Shown piece by piece: positions 34,601 through 44,133 of a DNA stretch of 64,000 nucleotides. The stretch spans positions 101,812 to 165,811 of the forward strand of contig JAXMHR010000011.1 in NCBI GenBank assembly GCA_046346705.1, in the 5' to 3' direction. Under the pieces are notes generated by a model, which was not told the origin of the DNA, did not search any database, and worked only from the letters and a program-made list of their open reading frames with translations. Each line of letters begins with the position of its first letter. Position 1 is the stretch's first letter. Source of the DNA: Verrucomicrobiota bacterium. Lineage in GTDB: Bacteria; Verrucomicrobiota; Verrucomicrobiia; Limisphaerales; UBA9464. A program made the position numbers and the translations under genes.

Positions 34601-37600
34601 ATGGGTGTAGCCGGCCCCCTGGGGCCAGCCGGACGCCGGAATTCCCTGTCCGGACCGATTGGGTCCGACCGACAGCACGGCGCCCGTCGCCCGTGTGGTG
34701 CCAACCGGTGCCCCGGAGACGAACACGCCCAGGGGGAGGACTCCGCCCCGATCCTGACCGACCGGACCCGTGCCCGTCGCGGGGGAGCCGGGCTGAAGTG
34801 CGAACCAGTTCCGGAGGACCTGGGCTTCCTCCCAGGTTTTGAATTGGGTCTCTTCGAGAGTGGGGAGGTGGTTCAGCAGGGGATCCAGATCGACATTGTC
34901 GCCGCCGGGACCCGACCAAGGAAGGGGTGTGATGTTGTTGCGGAACGTCACGGTGGCGGTCGTCAGATTGCGCACGAGCTTTTCGGCGTCCTGGATGATG
35001 TTTCCTTCCAGATACATTCCGGCGCCTTCCAATTTGCCTTCATCAGCGAGGTTGACGACCGCACCGTCGGTATCGAGGCCGCCCGCGTGGGTTTGGTGAA
35101 CGACGGTATTGTTGAGCAGGACGTAGAAGTTGGACTCTTTGCCGGTGACCGCATGATCGCAGTCGTAGAACAAGTTTCCGATGATGGTGATCTCGGAGGG
35201 TTGCCCCGTGTCGTTGCCGCCGCTGATGGCGCTGGAGGAATCCGGTGAGCCGTTCTTGTGCGAATGAAGGAAGATGTTGCCCTCGATCCAGGCGTCGGTG
35301 TTGTCGAGGTCCAGGATGTCGTCCGTCGCTCCGGTGAAAACGTTGTTGATGAAGTGGACAATGGGCTGGCTCGCCCGGTTCCCGCCGGTGAAGTCCACGA
35401 TGTCGTTGTATCCGCTCGTTGTTCCAAAGAAGCAGTGATGGATGATGCCATGGCCGCCGGGACGGATTCCCTGGGTCCCATGCACGAGTTCAAACGCGGC
35501 GGTGCTGGACGGGAAGATGCAATGGCCCACTACGAATGATGCGCCGTCCAGTGCGAGATACTGGTGATCGGTGGTTCCAAAGGTAAGCGAATCGAGGAAG
35601 ACGGCGGCGCCCGCCACTTCAATGGCGGTGGTTCCATTGAACTCGATGTGCGCATGGGTGATCCGGTTTTCGGGAGACGAGCCGCCCCCGTTGAGAACGA
35701 TGCCTCCCCAGGCGGATGCGGAGCCGGGGGAGCGGGTGAACCGGATGGGCGCCTCGGCGGTGCCCTCGGCCAGAATCCGGCCGCCGGAAGCGACGGTGAG
35801 ATTGGCTCCGGGACCGAGGTACACGGTGGTGCCTGGGGTGAGGGTCAGGGTGGCCCCGGAGGCCACGGTCAGGTTTCCAGTGATCTGAAACGGGCCATCG
35901 GCGGCCGACCAGGTCGTGTTCCCTGCGATGGTGGTGCCCGCGGAGGAGACCGTCCCGTCGTCATACCAGACGTCGTGGACGGCCGATTCGAACACACGTC
36001 CGTCGCCATCCAGCGATTCAATCCGGATCTGGTTGAGTCCGGGATGCACCGGGACTCCAGTGATGTTCCAGGAAGCCTCCCACGCACTCCAGGTCGCCGG
36101 GAGTCCGTTGACCTGGATCGTCCGAGTCTTAACGGCGTCGGCGCGTCCCTGCAGGGCGATGGCGGATGTCGTGGTCCGGGGGTATCCGCTCTGGGTCGGC
36201 AGCGAATCCGTGACGGAGATGCCTCCGGGGATTTCACCCAGGACGTATTCCCGTTGCGAACTGTTGAAGGCCCGGAAGTTTTCGATCGCGGTGTCCAGCG
36301 GAGCGCTGGGGTCGAAACCGCCAGCGAGTTGGTCGAGCACGGGATTCATCCGCTCGGGCGCAAAGACGGTGTCCGCGAGGCTGCGCAATTCGCGGTAGTA
36401 GATGGGGGCGAACTCCGGATGCTTCAGCAGCCGTTCGAGGGTCGGGATACGGTGGTTCCCGGAACCAAACATCCGGAACAGTCCGTCGGCGTACGTCGTG
36501 TTTCGGGTGCCCGATCCCAGGACCGAGTCCATGTCGTAGGCCAGGAGGCGCACCCTGGGATCGGCGACCCCAGCGTACAGGGCGAAATCATCGCCGTATC
36601 CCGTGGCGAGCGCCGTCTCCTGATTTCCCATCAGCGTGTTCAGCGCGAAATAGCGCATCCATTCCTCCACGTCGGCGACCTGTCGGACGGCGTCGGGGTA
36701 GGTCGCGTCGGGAGCATTGTTGAGCACATCGACGAGGCGAACGAGATCCCGCCAATCGTTCTCGGTGGTGTGGTTTCGTTTGAAGTACGCGTTGGTGTAG
36801 GACGAGAAGTCGGGGCCGTGCCAGGCGAGGTCCGCCTTGGGATTCCCCGGAAAGACGTCGCGAATGCCCCGGTACAAATTCCCGTTGGGGTCTCCCGGGA
36901 ACTGGCGTTCCACCAGGCTGTCGTCCACCAGCTCGTTCGCGGCGTACGAACCAAACTGCGGCGAGCCGGCTCCGGCGAGATCCTCCCCGTTGACCCGCAC
37001 GCGGACCGCCCGGGATTCGGCCATGGGAAGGCGGGCGCGTCGCATGATCATGCTCCCGAGCACCTGGGCCGGAGTGAACTGGGTGTTGAGGTTGATTCCC
37101 TCGCGGCCCTGCCAGAGACGATCCTTGGGAAAGTTGACCCGGAAGTTGTGAGGGACCGATACCCGGGTGCCGTGTCCGCGATTGCGGAAGCTGCTCAGGT
37201 AGCGCACCTGCGCCGCGGCACCTTCCCGGACCTGCCCATCCACGCCGATGAAGGTTCCGTTGACCTCGGCGTCGCTGTCGGGTTGATCGCTCCAGGTCTT
37301 CTTCAGGTAGTCGTACTCCGCCTTGGGGAGGAGAATGCGATACAGCGGTTGGATCCCCGAGAAGACTTCGCTGTCCACCTGGTACACCAGATTGGCCGTG
37401 CGGCCGGTGTCGGTGGGCGCCACGGCGGGATACGTCCGGGCGTGACCGGTCGCATCGGTGGCGACGACATAGAACTCGACCAGTGTTCCCTCGGGATGAG
37501 GAGGAAGTCGCACGGCGAACAGTCCGTCCCCGGCGAGGCCGTCCCCATGCGCTCCGTCATCCAAGAGGGCTACGGAAGTGAAGGACGCGGCACCGTCCAC

Positions 37601-38338
37601 CCGGTGGAACAATGTGACGCTGAGACCGGACTTTTGCTCGTCCACCAGGCGGACGTGAATGGTCACTGGATCCGAGGGGCCGGGAATGAGGGGAAAATGG
37701 CCGACGTCGATCACCAGGGGCGCGATGTCGCTGGCGTCCGAGGAATTTGGCTGTCCCGGAGTTCCGCCCTCAACGCGGCTTGCGCTCCAGTTGTGTCCGT
37801 ACTCATTGGGAAGCGACGGATTGATAAGTTCGAGGGATTTTCCCAATCCATCGTGCTCCGCATACCATTCCCAGCCGGTGCGCCCATGGGAATCGGGCGG
37901 CCCCATGCGTCGAATCGCCCAGTCACCCTCCGGCGCATAGGAAACCTCGTTCACCACCTGTCCCAAAGCGTCGGTCAAGGTGAGCCGCTCCCCGTTGTCC
38001 CGTAGGGAACCGGTCCATCCGGCGAGGAAACCGGTTACCGCAGGATGTCGGTCATGAAAGGTGGCGGCATCCGCGGCGATCACCAACCGCGCGCCGGCCG
38101 GCAATAGCGTCTGGGCCGGAAACGTGAATTGAATCCCGTGGGAAAACTGCCAGCCGGTCAGGTCCGCGGGGGAACCTCCCGCATTGAGCAGTTCCACCCA
38201 CTCTTCGAGCACATTGGTGCTCGGAGGATGGTACATGATCTCTGAGATGATAACCCGCGCCGGCTGGGCGGCGGACACGCGGGGGCCGAATACGAGGGTG
38301 AGGAGGAGCAGGGGCCCGGCAAGGAGCAAACGGCGCAT
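31694..38338 (-). CDS. giant secreted surface protein: lamin-tail-domain (LTD) repeats + CotH kinase-like domain + right-handed beta-helix + Ca-binding Asp repeats + (Y/F)FRI tail
   Basis: Signal peptide MRRLLLAGPLLLLTLVFGPRVSA. Five LTD starts: VIISEIMY, VRINEVLA, LRINEWLA, VVLNEVFA and LRLNEWMA. CotH-like blocks FRNRGHGTR, INLNTQFTPAQVLGSMIMRRARLP and YFALNTLMGNQE. DSDSDGMPDDWE...DPDQDGFSNLDEF. Ends DRYFRILTPAIP. Confidence 0.8.
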   Translation of the reverse strand: MRRLLLAGPLLLLTLVFGPRVSAAQPARVIISEIMYHPPSTNVLEEWVELLNAGGSPADLTGWQFSHGIQFTFPAQTLLPAGARLVIAADAATFHDRHPAVTGFLAGWTGSLRDNGERLTLTDALGQVVNEVSYAPEGDWAIRRMGPPDSHGRTGWEWYAEHDGLGKSLELINPSLPNEYGHNWSASRVEGGTPGQPNSSDASDIAPLVIDVGHFPLIPGPSDPVTIHVRLVDEQKSGLSVTLFHRVDGAASFTSVALLDDGAHGDGLAGDGLFAVRLPPHPEGTLVEFYVVATDATGHARTYPAVAPTDTGRTANLVYQVDSEVFSGIQPLYRILLPKAEYDYLKKTWSDQPDSDAEVNGTFIGVDGQVREGAAAQVRYLSSFRNRGHGTRVSVPHNFRVNFPKDRLWQGREGINLNTQFTPAQVLGSMIMRRARLPMAESRAVRVRVNGEDLAGAGSPQFGSYAANELVDDSLVERQFPGDPNGNLYRGIRDVFPGNPKADLAWHGPDFSSYTNAYFKRNHTTENDWRDLVRLVDVLNNAPDATYPDAVRQVADVEEWMRYFALNTLMGNQETALATGYGDDFALYAGVADPRVRLLAYDMDSVLGSGTRNTTYADGLFRMFGSGNHRIPTLERLLKHPEFAPIYYRELRSLADTVFAPERMNPVLDQLAGGFDPSAPLDTAIENFRAFNSSQREYVLGEIPGGISVTDSLPTQSGYPRTTTSAIALQGRADAVKTRTIQVNGLPATWSAWEASWNITGVPVHPGLNQIRIESLDGDGRVFESAVHDVWYDDGTVSSAGTTIAGNTTWSAADGPFQITGNLTVASGATLTLTPGTTVYLGPGANLTVASGGRILAEGTAEAPIRFTRSPGSASAWGGIVLNGGGSSPENRITHAHIEFNGTTAIEVAGAAVFLDSLTFGTTDHQYLALDGASFVVGHCIFPSSTAAFELVHGTQGIRPGGHGIIHHCFFGTTSGYNDIVDFTGGNRASQPIVHFINNVFTGATDDILDLDNTDAWIEGNIFLHSHKNGSPDSSSAISGGNDTGQPSEITIIGNLFYDCDHAVTGKESNFYVLLNNTVVHQTHAGGLDTDGAVVNLADEGKLEGAGMYLEGNIIQDAEKLVRNLTTATVTFRNNITPLPWSGPGGDNVDLDPLLNHLPTLEETQFKTWEEAQVLRNWFALQPGSPATGTGPVGQDRGGVLPLGVFVSGAPVGTTRATGAVLSVGPNRSGQGIPASGWPQGAGYTHYRWRLDGGAWSVETPIAESLILANLTPGNHRVDVTGRRDSGLYQDDPLFGDDAAVSTTAEWTVDPNFVPPAGPTVRINEVLARNTTSFTSGETTPDLIELVNSGQAAVDLGGYGLSDDASLPYRYRLPDGIRLDPGTYLVLLADSDTASPGLHTGFALKQEGDSVFLTAPASAGGQRVDSVTFGLQVADVSLGRRADGSWGLCRPTFGAPNHAVSTGSPKTLRINEWLANARFLYADDFVELYNPDSRPVSLAGLYLTDAAGMQDRYVFPPLSFIAAESCLSLRADGDDLGRPGHLPFKLAAESGILQLSDPELTPIDTINYGPQQTDVSEGRTPSGADRFALFREPTPGAPNPGSGGGGSTNVTYVSTPLIGFGTQWKYLAGLTEAPSAWTTPEFADGSWSSGAAPLGLETSTPYPYPIRIATPLPITAPNGTHIKTYYFRTHFQAPAPGAGWTLHATNYLDDGAVYYLNGFRIGALRVTDNPARYTSDATLQPDEGQAEVLSLPATHLREGDNVLAVEVHQSGSSSSDVMFAMALGALESITNTTSGSAPVVVLNEVFARNQTRALPDGNLAGWVELYNPGTNDVVLTGLALSDDAATPRKWEFPDGPVLPPKGFRTIRFDATQPASGTNTGFGLSARGGSVFLSDRSSAGGAVLDALHYGLQAADFGVGRVPDGGGDWELTVPAPDTANLRAGLGSPTSLRLNEWMADPAVGSDWFEIFNPDAAPVALHGLAVTDDLADIAKSPFPPLSFIGTGRDGYLQVFADKKPAAGGNHADFKLSKDGSTLGLFARSGLTLDALGFGAQGHGISEGRLPDGADILASFPVTPTPEAPNRIGGLPGDSDSDGMPDDWETAHGLDPRTDDSGLDPDQDGFSNLDEFLAGTDPKNAASSLAVEAFASDNGTVSIRFQAVAGRTYTVQRRKSLTAEEWTLAQQVPARESNGTVTLPAGTLSDGDRYFRILTPAIP

Positions 38339-38419
38339 GAAGGTGAGAATTTTAGCAACATCCGGACCAGAATCACGGGAGATTCCCTGATTTTCGTCCC
38401 GCCCCTGTTGGGCCTGTCG

Positions 38420-39295
38420 TCAACCGGCGATCAGGACGAGCAGGGCTCCGATTCCCATGACGAGGCATGCCATCAGGCGTTTTCGGAATTCCGCCTCGCG
38501 AAGAACCCAGCGCCCGATCAGGACCTGGAACACCATGCCCAGCTGGAAGAAGGCAAAGGAGTAGGTGAGCAGGGTCCTGCGGAAGACCTCCAGCGTCAGC
38601 CATTGCATGATGAGGAATACGATGGCGTGGAGTCCGAGGGTTGGACGCTGGTCCGGCGCGGCGCGATTCCAAAGAACACCGCGAAACCGCCGGGTTGCGA
38701 CCCAAAGAATCAGAACGGTCAGCCAGCCTCCGCCGATCCAGACCCCGAGGGTTAGGCCGGGGGATCCGGTGAGCGTGGCCCGTTTCAGGAAGACGGCTCC
38801 CGCGGTGGAGAGCGCCAGTCCTGCGAGACGCCAGGCCGCGGCGCGGAGGTGTCCCGAAAAGTTCTCCGCCGATCCGTTCCTTGTGGAGGGGCGCAGGAGC
38901 CAGAAGGCGCCGAACGTGAGGATGAGAACGCCGGCAACTCCGGTGGCCGTGGGCTGTTCTCCGAGGAACAGAAAGCCGGCGATCCAGGCCAGCGCCGGAC
39001 GAAAGGCGTTCAAGGGTCCGAAGATGGAGAGGTCCGTGTTGCGAAGTGCGGACGCCATCGCGACGTTTCCAGCGACATCCAGGAGCGCAGCGATCAGCGC
39101 CGCCGACCAAAACCCGCGACCGGCCGTTCCGTACGAGGCCGCGAGGAGCCCGATGGCCGGCACCAGGAGGTATCCGTAGGTCGCCAGCCAAAGACGCCCG
39201 GTGCCCAGGCCCCCGGACAGGAGGCGCTTTTGGAGGACGCTGGCGGTGACGCTTCCGAGGAGACGACCGGCCAGGCAGAAAAGGACGGACGTCAT
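38420..39295 (-). CDS. EamA/DMT family transporter
   Basis: About 10 hydrophobic helices in two-halves organisation, 291 aa. Confidence 0.65.
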   Translation of the reverse strand: MTSVLFCLAGRLLGSVTASVLQKRLLSGGLGTGRLWLATYGYLLVPAIGLLAASYGTAGRGFWSAALIAALLDVAGNVAMASALRNTDLSIFGPLNAFRPALAWIAGFLFLGEQPTATGVAGVLILTFGAFWLLRPSTRNGSAENFSGHLRAAAWRLAGLALSTAGAVFLKRATLTGSPGLTLGVWIGGGWLTVLILWVATRRFRGVLWNRAAPDQRPTLGLHAIVFLIMQWLTLEVFRRTLLTYSFAFFQLGMVFQVLIGRWVLREAEFRKRLMACLVMGIGALLVLIAG

Positions 39296-39354
39296 GCGCG
39301 GCGCGTGGGTTGATTGAATCAGGTGCGCCGGATTTCGCGAGCGTGGGAATGGAG

Positions 39355-39442
39355 CGTTGGTAGTGCAGGCTTCAGCCTGTCTTCCGGTGCCTGTGGTCGG
39401 CTGTTGGTTTGGGGAAGCAGCCCGGAGGCTGGACTACGAACG
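39355..39442. repeat. palindromic intergenic repeat element, copy B
   Basis: CGTTGGTAGTGCAGGCTTCAGCCTG ... GGAGGCTGGACTACGAACG, in the EamA/folA divergent intergenic region. Confidence 0.8.
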
Positions 39443-39517
39443 GGCGCAGGAATGGGCCGGGGCCGCTCGTTTTGGTTTGTCGCCGCCAGGGGAATCTGCG
39501 GGCATTCCGGGGTGCGG

Positions 39518-39994
39518 ATGTTCAAGGCCATTGCGGCGATGTCGGAGAATCGCGTGATCGGCGACGCGGGGCGGATTCCGTGGCATCTGCCAGAGGATTT
39601 TCGGTGGTTTAAGCAAACCACGATGGGCCACGTCCTGGTGATGGGACGCCGCACGTATGAGTCGATCGGGCGTCCCCTGCCGGGACGCGAGACGTGGATC
39701 CTGACCCGTTCCGGCTTCACCGCGCCCGGCACCCGTTCGTTTTCCGAAGTCGAGGCACTGGACACGGCTGCAGCGTCGGATCCCCGGGACATTTTTGTGG
39801 CGGGAGGATCCGAAATCTACACCCAGCTCCTACGGCGATGCGGTGACCTATACCTCACGCGGGTGAAGCGGATTGTGCCCGGGGACGCGTTTTTTCCTCC
39901 GTTTGAAGAATGGTTTGCCCCGGTGGGCCCGCTGCTCGAAACCGCGGACTTTAGGATCGAACATTACCAGTTGCGAATCCCGCTCGCGGCATGA
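39518..39994 (+). CDS. folA: dihydrofolate reductase
   Basis: MFKAIAAMSENRVIGDAGRIPWHLPEDFRWFKQTTMGHVLVMGRRTYESIGRPLPGR, 158 aa. Confidence 0.9.
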   Translation: MFKAIAAMSENRVIGDAGRIPWHLPEDFRWFKQTTMGHVLVMGRRTYESIGRPLPGRETWILTRSGFTAPGTRSFSEVEALDTAAASDPRDIFVAGGSEIYTQLLRRCGDLYLTRVKRIVPGDAFFPPFEEWFAPVGPLLETADFRIEHYQLRIPLAA

Positions 39995-41103
39995 ATGGGG
40001 CCTTACTTCTTTCTCCGGTATTTGACCGCATTTCTCGGGGCCGTGCCGTCATGTGTGCCGTGGTTGCCTGGCTTTCGTCCGGCATCTTTTGCGCGGCCTG
40101 GGCGGACGTCCGCCTCCTCAGCATCACCAATTTCGACTCCTTTTCCCGGGTCCTGGCGAACTCGGAGGGACTGGTGCTGGTTTCGCCCGAACTGCAGCCG
40201 GGCTTCCGATGGAAGGAACTCATCGTCAGTTGGAATGCCGCGACCAATGTTTCGCTGTCCGTCGAGGCGCGGCCGGTGATTTCGGGGGGAGCGACGTTTC
40301 TGTCGCTGGGTCGATGGACTTCCGTTCCAGGGCCGGAGAATCCCCGAGAAAGTGTCAATGGACAGAAGGAACCCTGGGGTGAGGTCCAGACGGATGTAAT
40401 GATCCTGAAGGACTCCGCGACGGCGGCCCAGGTGCGATTGGGCATCCGGGGGCCCGTAGCCGGATTGCGTCGGCTATCCCTGGCTTTCTCCGGCCCGGGA
40501 CCTCACCCGGCCCGCGCCTCCGTCCCGTCGGTTCCGTCGGCCCGCGGCATGGATCTCCCCGTGCCGATTCGTTCGCAGGCGGACTATCCGGAGGGAGTGA
40601 GCAAATGGTGTAGTCCGACGAGCACGTCGATGCTTATGGCATTCTGGGGTGAGCGGATGGGGCGGTCCGAATGGATCCTGCCGGTTCCGGACGTGGCGAA
40701 GGGAGTGATGGACCCCGGTTGGGGTGGGACTGGCAACTGGCCCTTCAACATGGCCCTTCCGGGAAGCCGGACTGGACTCAATGCCGCGGTGGCCCGTTGG
40801 AATGGAATCCAGGATCTGGAGCGCTGGGTGGCTGCCGGAATGCCGGCAGCGGCATCGGTCAGTTACGCACTGCTCAAGGGACGGCCCTCCGTGGAGGCCG
40901 GGGACGGCCACCTGGTGGTGGTGCGGGGATTCACCCCGGATGGTGACGTGATTGTGAACGACCCGGGGGTTCGCCAGGAGAAGGTTCGGCGTGTGTTTCC
41001 CAGGTCTGATTTTGAACGCGCCTGGGACCATTCGGGACGCACGGTTTATCTGGTGTGGCCCGACGGACATGCCCTGCCGGAAGGCGCGGGGTATCCGCGG
41101 TGA
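39991..41103 (+). CDS. C39-like (papain-fold) peptidase family protein, secreted
   Basis: WCSPTSTSMLMAFWG (candidate Cys nucleophile) and DGHLVVVRGFTPDGDVIVNDPG (candidate His). Its ATG overlaps the folA stop (ATGA). Confidence 0.6.
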   Translation: MNGALLLSPVFDRISRGRAVMCAVVAWLSSGIFCAAWADVRLLSITNFDSFSRVLANSEGLVLVSPELQPGFRWKELIVSWNAATNVSLSVEARPVISGGATFLSLGRWTSVPGPENPRESVNGQKEPWGEVQTDVMILKDSATAAQVRLGIRGPVAGLRRLSLAFSGPGPHPARASVPSVPSARGMDLPVPIRSQADYPEGVSKWCSPTSTSMLMAFWGERMGRSEWILPVPDVAKGVMDPGWGGTGNWPFNMALPGSRTGLNAAVARWNGIQDLERWVAAGMPAAASVSYALLKGRPSVEAGDGHLVVVRGFTPDGDVIVNDPGVRQEKVRRVFPRSDFERAWDHSGRTVYLVWPDGHALPEGAGYPR

Positions 41104-41109
41104 GCGGAC

Positions 41110-42912
41110 TCATCCGCCGCGTGTCAGCTCGTTGTAGGACTTTTCCAACCACATCACCTGCGGAGGCATCAGTTCGCCCGGATCGATGGCGCGGTAGGCC
41201 TTCAGAGCTGCCTCGCGGTTGCCCCGTCGGAGATTGAGCTCAAAGCGGGCGAATTCGAGGATGGACCGGTTCGACGCCGCCAAATTTGCGGGGGAAAGGC
41301 GGTCCAGGATCCGCTCGGCGTCCTCCAACCGGCCGTTCTGGAGCAGGGCGAGGGCATGATTGAGATTGGCCCCGGGATCATTCGGGGATGCCGTCAGCCG
41401 CTTCAGGGTCAATTGGACGGCCAGGGGGGCGTTGGTCCGCTGGACGAGCAGGCAGGCCGCATAGTTGTTGATGAAGACCGGATTATTCGTGGCCAGCGCA
41501 TAGCCGCGCCGGGCGGCGGCCTCCATGACGTCAAATTGTTTCGCTTCGTGGGCGGCGGCCACGACCTGAAGCCAGTACGAGGCGCGGTCGCCGAACTCCT
41601 TCTCCAACCGCGTCAGCAGTTGTGTGGCTTGTTCCGGAAACCCATTTTGCTGCAGGCCGGTGGCGATCCGGAACGCGGTGAGCGGATCCTCCGGAGGGTA
41701 TTCCACCACGCGCTTCATGTCCTCCTTCGCGGAATCCGGGCGCCCGAGGTTCAATTCCGCCAGTCCCTCCCAATACCAGGTCAGTCCGATCTGGCTCACG
41801 GGGATGCGGTCCGACGCGCGGACCTGGAAGGCCAGTGCCCGCAGGTCGCCCCAGCGTTGCTTCTGGGAGTAAAGTTCGCCGAGGCGCTGCCAGATTTCCG
41901 GGCTGTAGTTGAAGACGGGCATCTGGCTTTCGAGCAGCGTTGCCGCGGCATCCGCCAGTCCCAGGGAGTTGTATGCGTCCGCGAGGGCCGCCACTTCCCC
42001 GGAAGATTCGGCGGGAGTCGCAAAGTTCCGAGCCAGCTGACTTGCGCGGTCCCGCTGTCCAATCCGTACCAATAGGCGCCAATGCGCGATGTGGTCGCGA
42101 ATTCGGTCGCCGCGGGCATCGGATAGTTCCTGGAGCGCGCGTTCAAAGGTATCGATATCCGAGCGCGACGATGCCACGGACAAAGTGAGCCGCCGGGCGA
42201 GATTCGCGGTGGCCCGGTTGGTGGTCGCCGACGCGAGTTGGTCGCCGGCAGGGCGCATTTCCGACGGGGGCCCCCAGCCCGCCTGCCACGCGGCAAAATA
42301 GAGTTTTATTTCCGGATCCGCCGCGAGGGAATTGCTGTATCGGTTCCACGTGGACGCGAAGGCCTCCATCGAGTTGAGATTGAACAACGCCTTGAGATAG
42401 GCTGCGGCCTGCTCCCGGGTCAGGCTGCCTTCCCTGGGTTGGAGGTAGGACGCGAGGAAACTGTCCAGTCCGTACCGCGAAAACAGCCGTGCCGTGAGGT
42501 CCAGATCGGCGGCATTGGTTTGGGTCAGGCGGAGGAGGAACAGCGCGTTGGCCGCGCCGAGCGTCAGGTATTTTGGGGAAACCTCCGGAGGCGCCAGCAG
42601 GGATTCGATCAGGCCCCGATGCAGTCGGGGATCTCCCGGATCGTTGGCGATGGCGGCCTGCCACCCCAGCACCGCCTCGTCCACCCGGCCGGCCTCGGAC
42701 TCCTTCCGGGCACCGCGCGCGAGCGAGGCGGCCTGAAGCTTGTCGAGTGCCGACATCCGGAACTCCGGGAGGAATCCCCGGGGAGTCGAAGGGAAAATCT
42801 TCACAAGGCTCAGCACGCCGGTGGCCACGAACACCGCGAGCACTACGAGGACGGATTTCGAACCCGTGGGAAGGCGGGTGAAGTCAACATATCGCTGACT
42901 GGATCGGCTCAT
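41110..42912 (-). CDS. TPR-repeat protein with N-terminal membrane anchor
   Basis: Start chosen at MSRSSQRYVDFTRLPTGSKSVLVVLAVFVATGVLSL. Repeated A/L/Y-rich 34-aa-like helical units follow. An alternative start lies at 43011. Confidence 0.65.
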   Translation of the reverse strand: MSRSSQRYVDFTRLPTGSKSVLVVLAVFVATGVLSLVKIFPSTPRGFLPEFRMSALDKLQAASLARGARKESEAGRVDEAVLGWQAAIANDPGDPRLHRGLIESLLAPPEVSPKYLTLGAANALFLLRLTQTNAADLDLTARLFSRYGLDSFLASYLQPREGSLTREQAAAYLKALFNLNSMEAFASTWNRYSNSLAADPEIKLYFAAWQAGWGPPSEMRPAGDQLASATTNRATANLARRLTLSVASSRSDIDTFERALQELSDARGDRIRDHIAHWRLLVRIGQRDRASQLARNFATPAESSGEVAALADAYNSLGLADAAATLLESQMPVFNYSPEIWQRLGELYSQKQRWGDLRALAFQVRASDRIPVSQIGLTWYWEGLAELNLGRPDSAKEDMKRVVEYPPEDPLTAFRIATGLQQNGFPEQATQLLTRLEKEFGDRASYWLQVVAAAHEAKQFDVMEAAARRGYALATNNPVFINNYAACLLVQRTNAPLAVQLTLKRLTASPNDPGANLNHALALLQNGRLEDAERILDRLSPANLAASNRSILEFARFELNLRRGNREAALKAYRAIDPGELMPPQVMWLEKSYNELTRGG

Positions 42913-43043
42913 GGGTAGGGGGAGTGAACGGTCTGAGAATCGCGGAGGATCCCCTTCGGTGCAATTCCCAAGGTGCTGGCGGAGGTCCCTCTCGACACTG
43001 ATTCTGAGCACATGGAGCGAGGGCGAGGCGGCTGAAGGCGGGC

Positions 43044-43158
43044 CGTTTGTAGGTTTGTCGTGCAGCCTTTAGGCTGTCCGGTGGGGCGTGGGCGAGGGGC
43101 GCGGCGTCGGGTGAGTTGCGGCGCGCGGGGAGGCAGGCTGAAGCCTGGACTACGAACG
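43044..43158. repeat. palindromic intergenic repeat element, copy C (left arm has an insertion)
   Basis: CGTTTGTAGgtttgtcGTGCAGCCTTTAGGCTG ... GCAGGCTGAAGCCTGGACTACGAACG. The right arm contains the TAG stop of the manA-like gene. Confidence 0.7.
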
Positions 43159-44133
43159 CGGGAGGACCCGCAGGAGGGTGGTGCCGGGCTGGGCGTCGAA
43201 AATCATGGATTCCGCCACCGCGGGAATGAGGACAAATCCACCCGCACCCAGCTCCAGGACTTCACCCCCGCTCGGGAGACGCAGTCCTCCCTCCACCACT
43301 GCGATCACCGACGGCGTCCCAGGGGGGCGCCCATCGGGGACGGACGCCGCATGGTCGAACTTCCATTCGTCGATCTGAAACAGTTCATGGGCCACCAGCG
43401 AACGGCGTCGCACGTCGCCGTCGTCGCTCCATTGGGATTGGATCAACCCCGGGGAAACATCGTCGAAATCGATGGAGGCCATCGACGGCTCCAAATGAAG
43501 CTCGCGAGGCTTTCCGTCGAGTCCCTTCCGGTTCCAGTCGAACACGCGATAGGTGGTGTCGGAGTTCTGTTGGATCTCAAATACCACACTGCCGCCGCCC
43601 AGCGCATGGACGCGTCCGCTGGGCACGAACATCGCATCGCCGCGGGAAGGCGTTTCCACGTGAAAGCATCCAGCGACGGTTCCGTCCGCCACGCGTTGTT
43701 CAAATTCCCCGCGGGTGACGCCGGGTTTCAATCCCACGTAGATTTTGGCCCCGGGATCGGCGGCGGCGAAGTACCACATCTCGGTCTTCGGTTCGCCGCA
43801 CAAGGCCTCGGCGCGGTGGGCGGGAGGATGAACCTGCAGGGACAGGTCGTCGCGTGCGTCGAGAATCTTGATCAACCAGGGGAACCGTTCCCCGGGGGAA
43901 ACGGGGCGTCCCAACACCTCGGATCCGTGGTTTTCCAGGAGCCAGCGGAGGGTGCGTCCGGCCCACGGACCATTGCGAATCACCGAGACGCCTTCCGGCC
44001 GGTCGGTGATCTCCCAGGATTCCCCGATCGGATTGGTCCCCGGGAGGGTTTTTCCAAACAGCCCGGAGAGCCGGCGTCCGCCCCAGATACGTTCCTTGAA
44101 CTGGGGTTCGAAGGTGACAGGGTAGGGCTTCAC
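43150..44133 (-). CDS. manA: class I mannose-6-phosphate isomerase
   Basis: KERIWGG, GESWEI, LSLQVHPP and GDAMFVPSGRVHALG, 327 aa. Confidence 0.8.
   Translation of the reverse strand: MKPYPVTFEPQFKERIWGGRRLSGLFGKTLPGTNPIGESWEITDRPEGVSVIRNGPWAGRTLRWLLENHGSEVLGRPVSPGERFPWLIKILDARDDLSLQVHPPAHRAEALCGEPKTEMWYFAAADPGAKIYVGLKPGVTRGEFEQRVADGTVAGCFHVETPSRGDAMFVPSGRVHALGGGSVVFEIQQNSDTTYRVFDWNRKGLDGKPRELHLEPSMASIDFDDVSPGLIQSQWSDDGDVRRRSLVAHELFQIDEWKFDHAASVPDGRPPGTPSVIAVVEGGLRLPSGGEVLELGAGGFVLIPAVAESMIFDAQPGTTLLRVLPRS

Noticed and set aside
31541-38005. Long + strand ORFs (31541..33787, 35564..38005, 34511..35248)
   Set aside because: All lie antisense to the 2214-aa LTD/CotH gene, whose frame shows repeated recognisable domain motifs. 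These are high-GC mirror ORFs.
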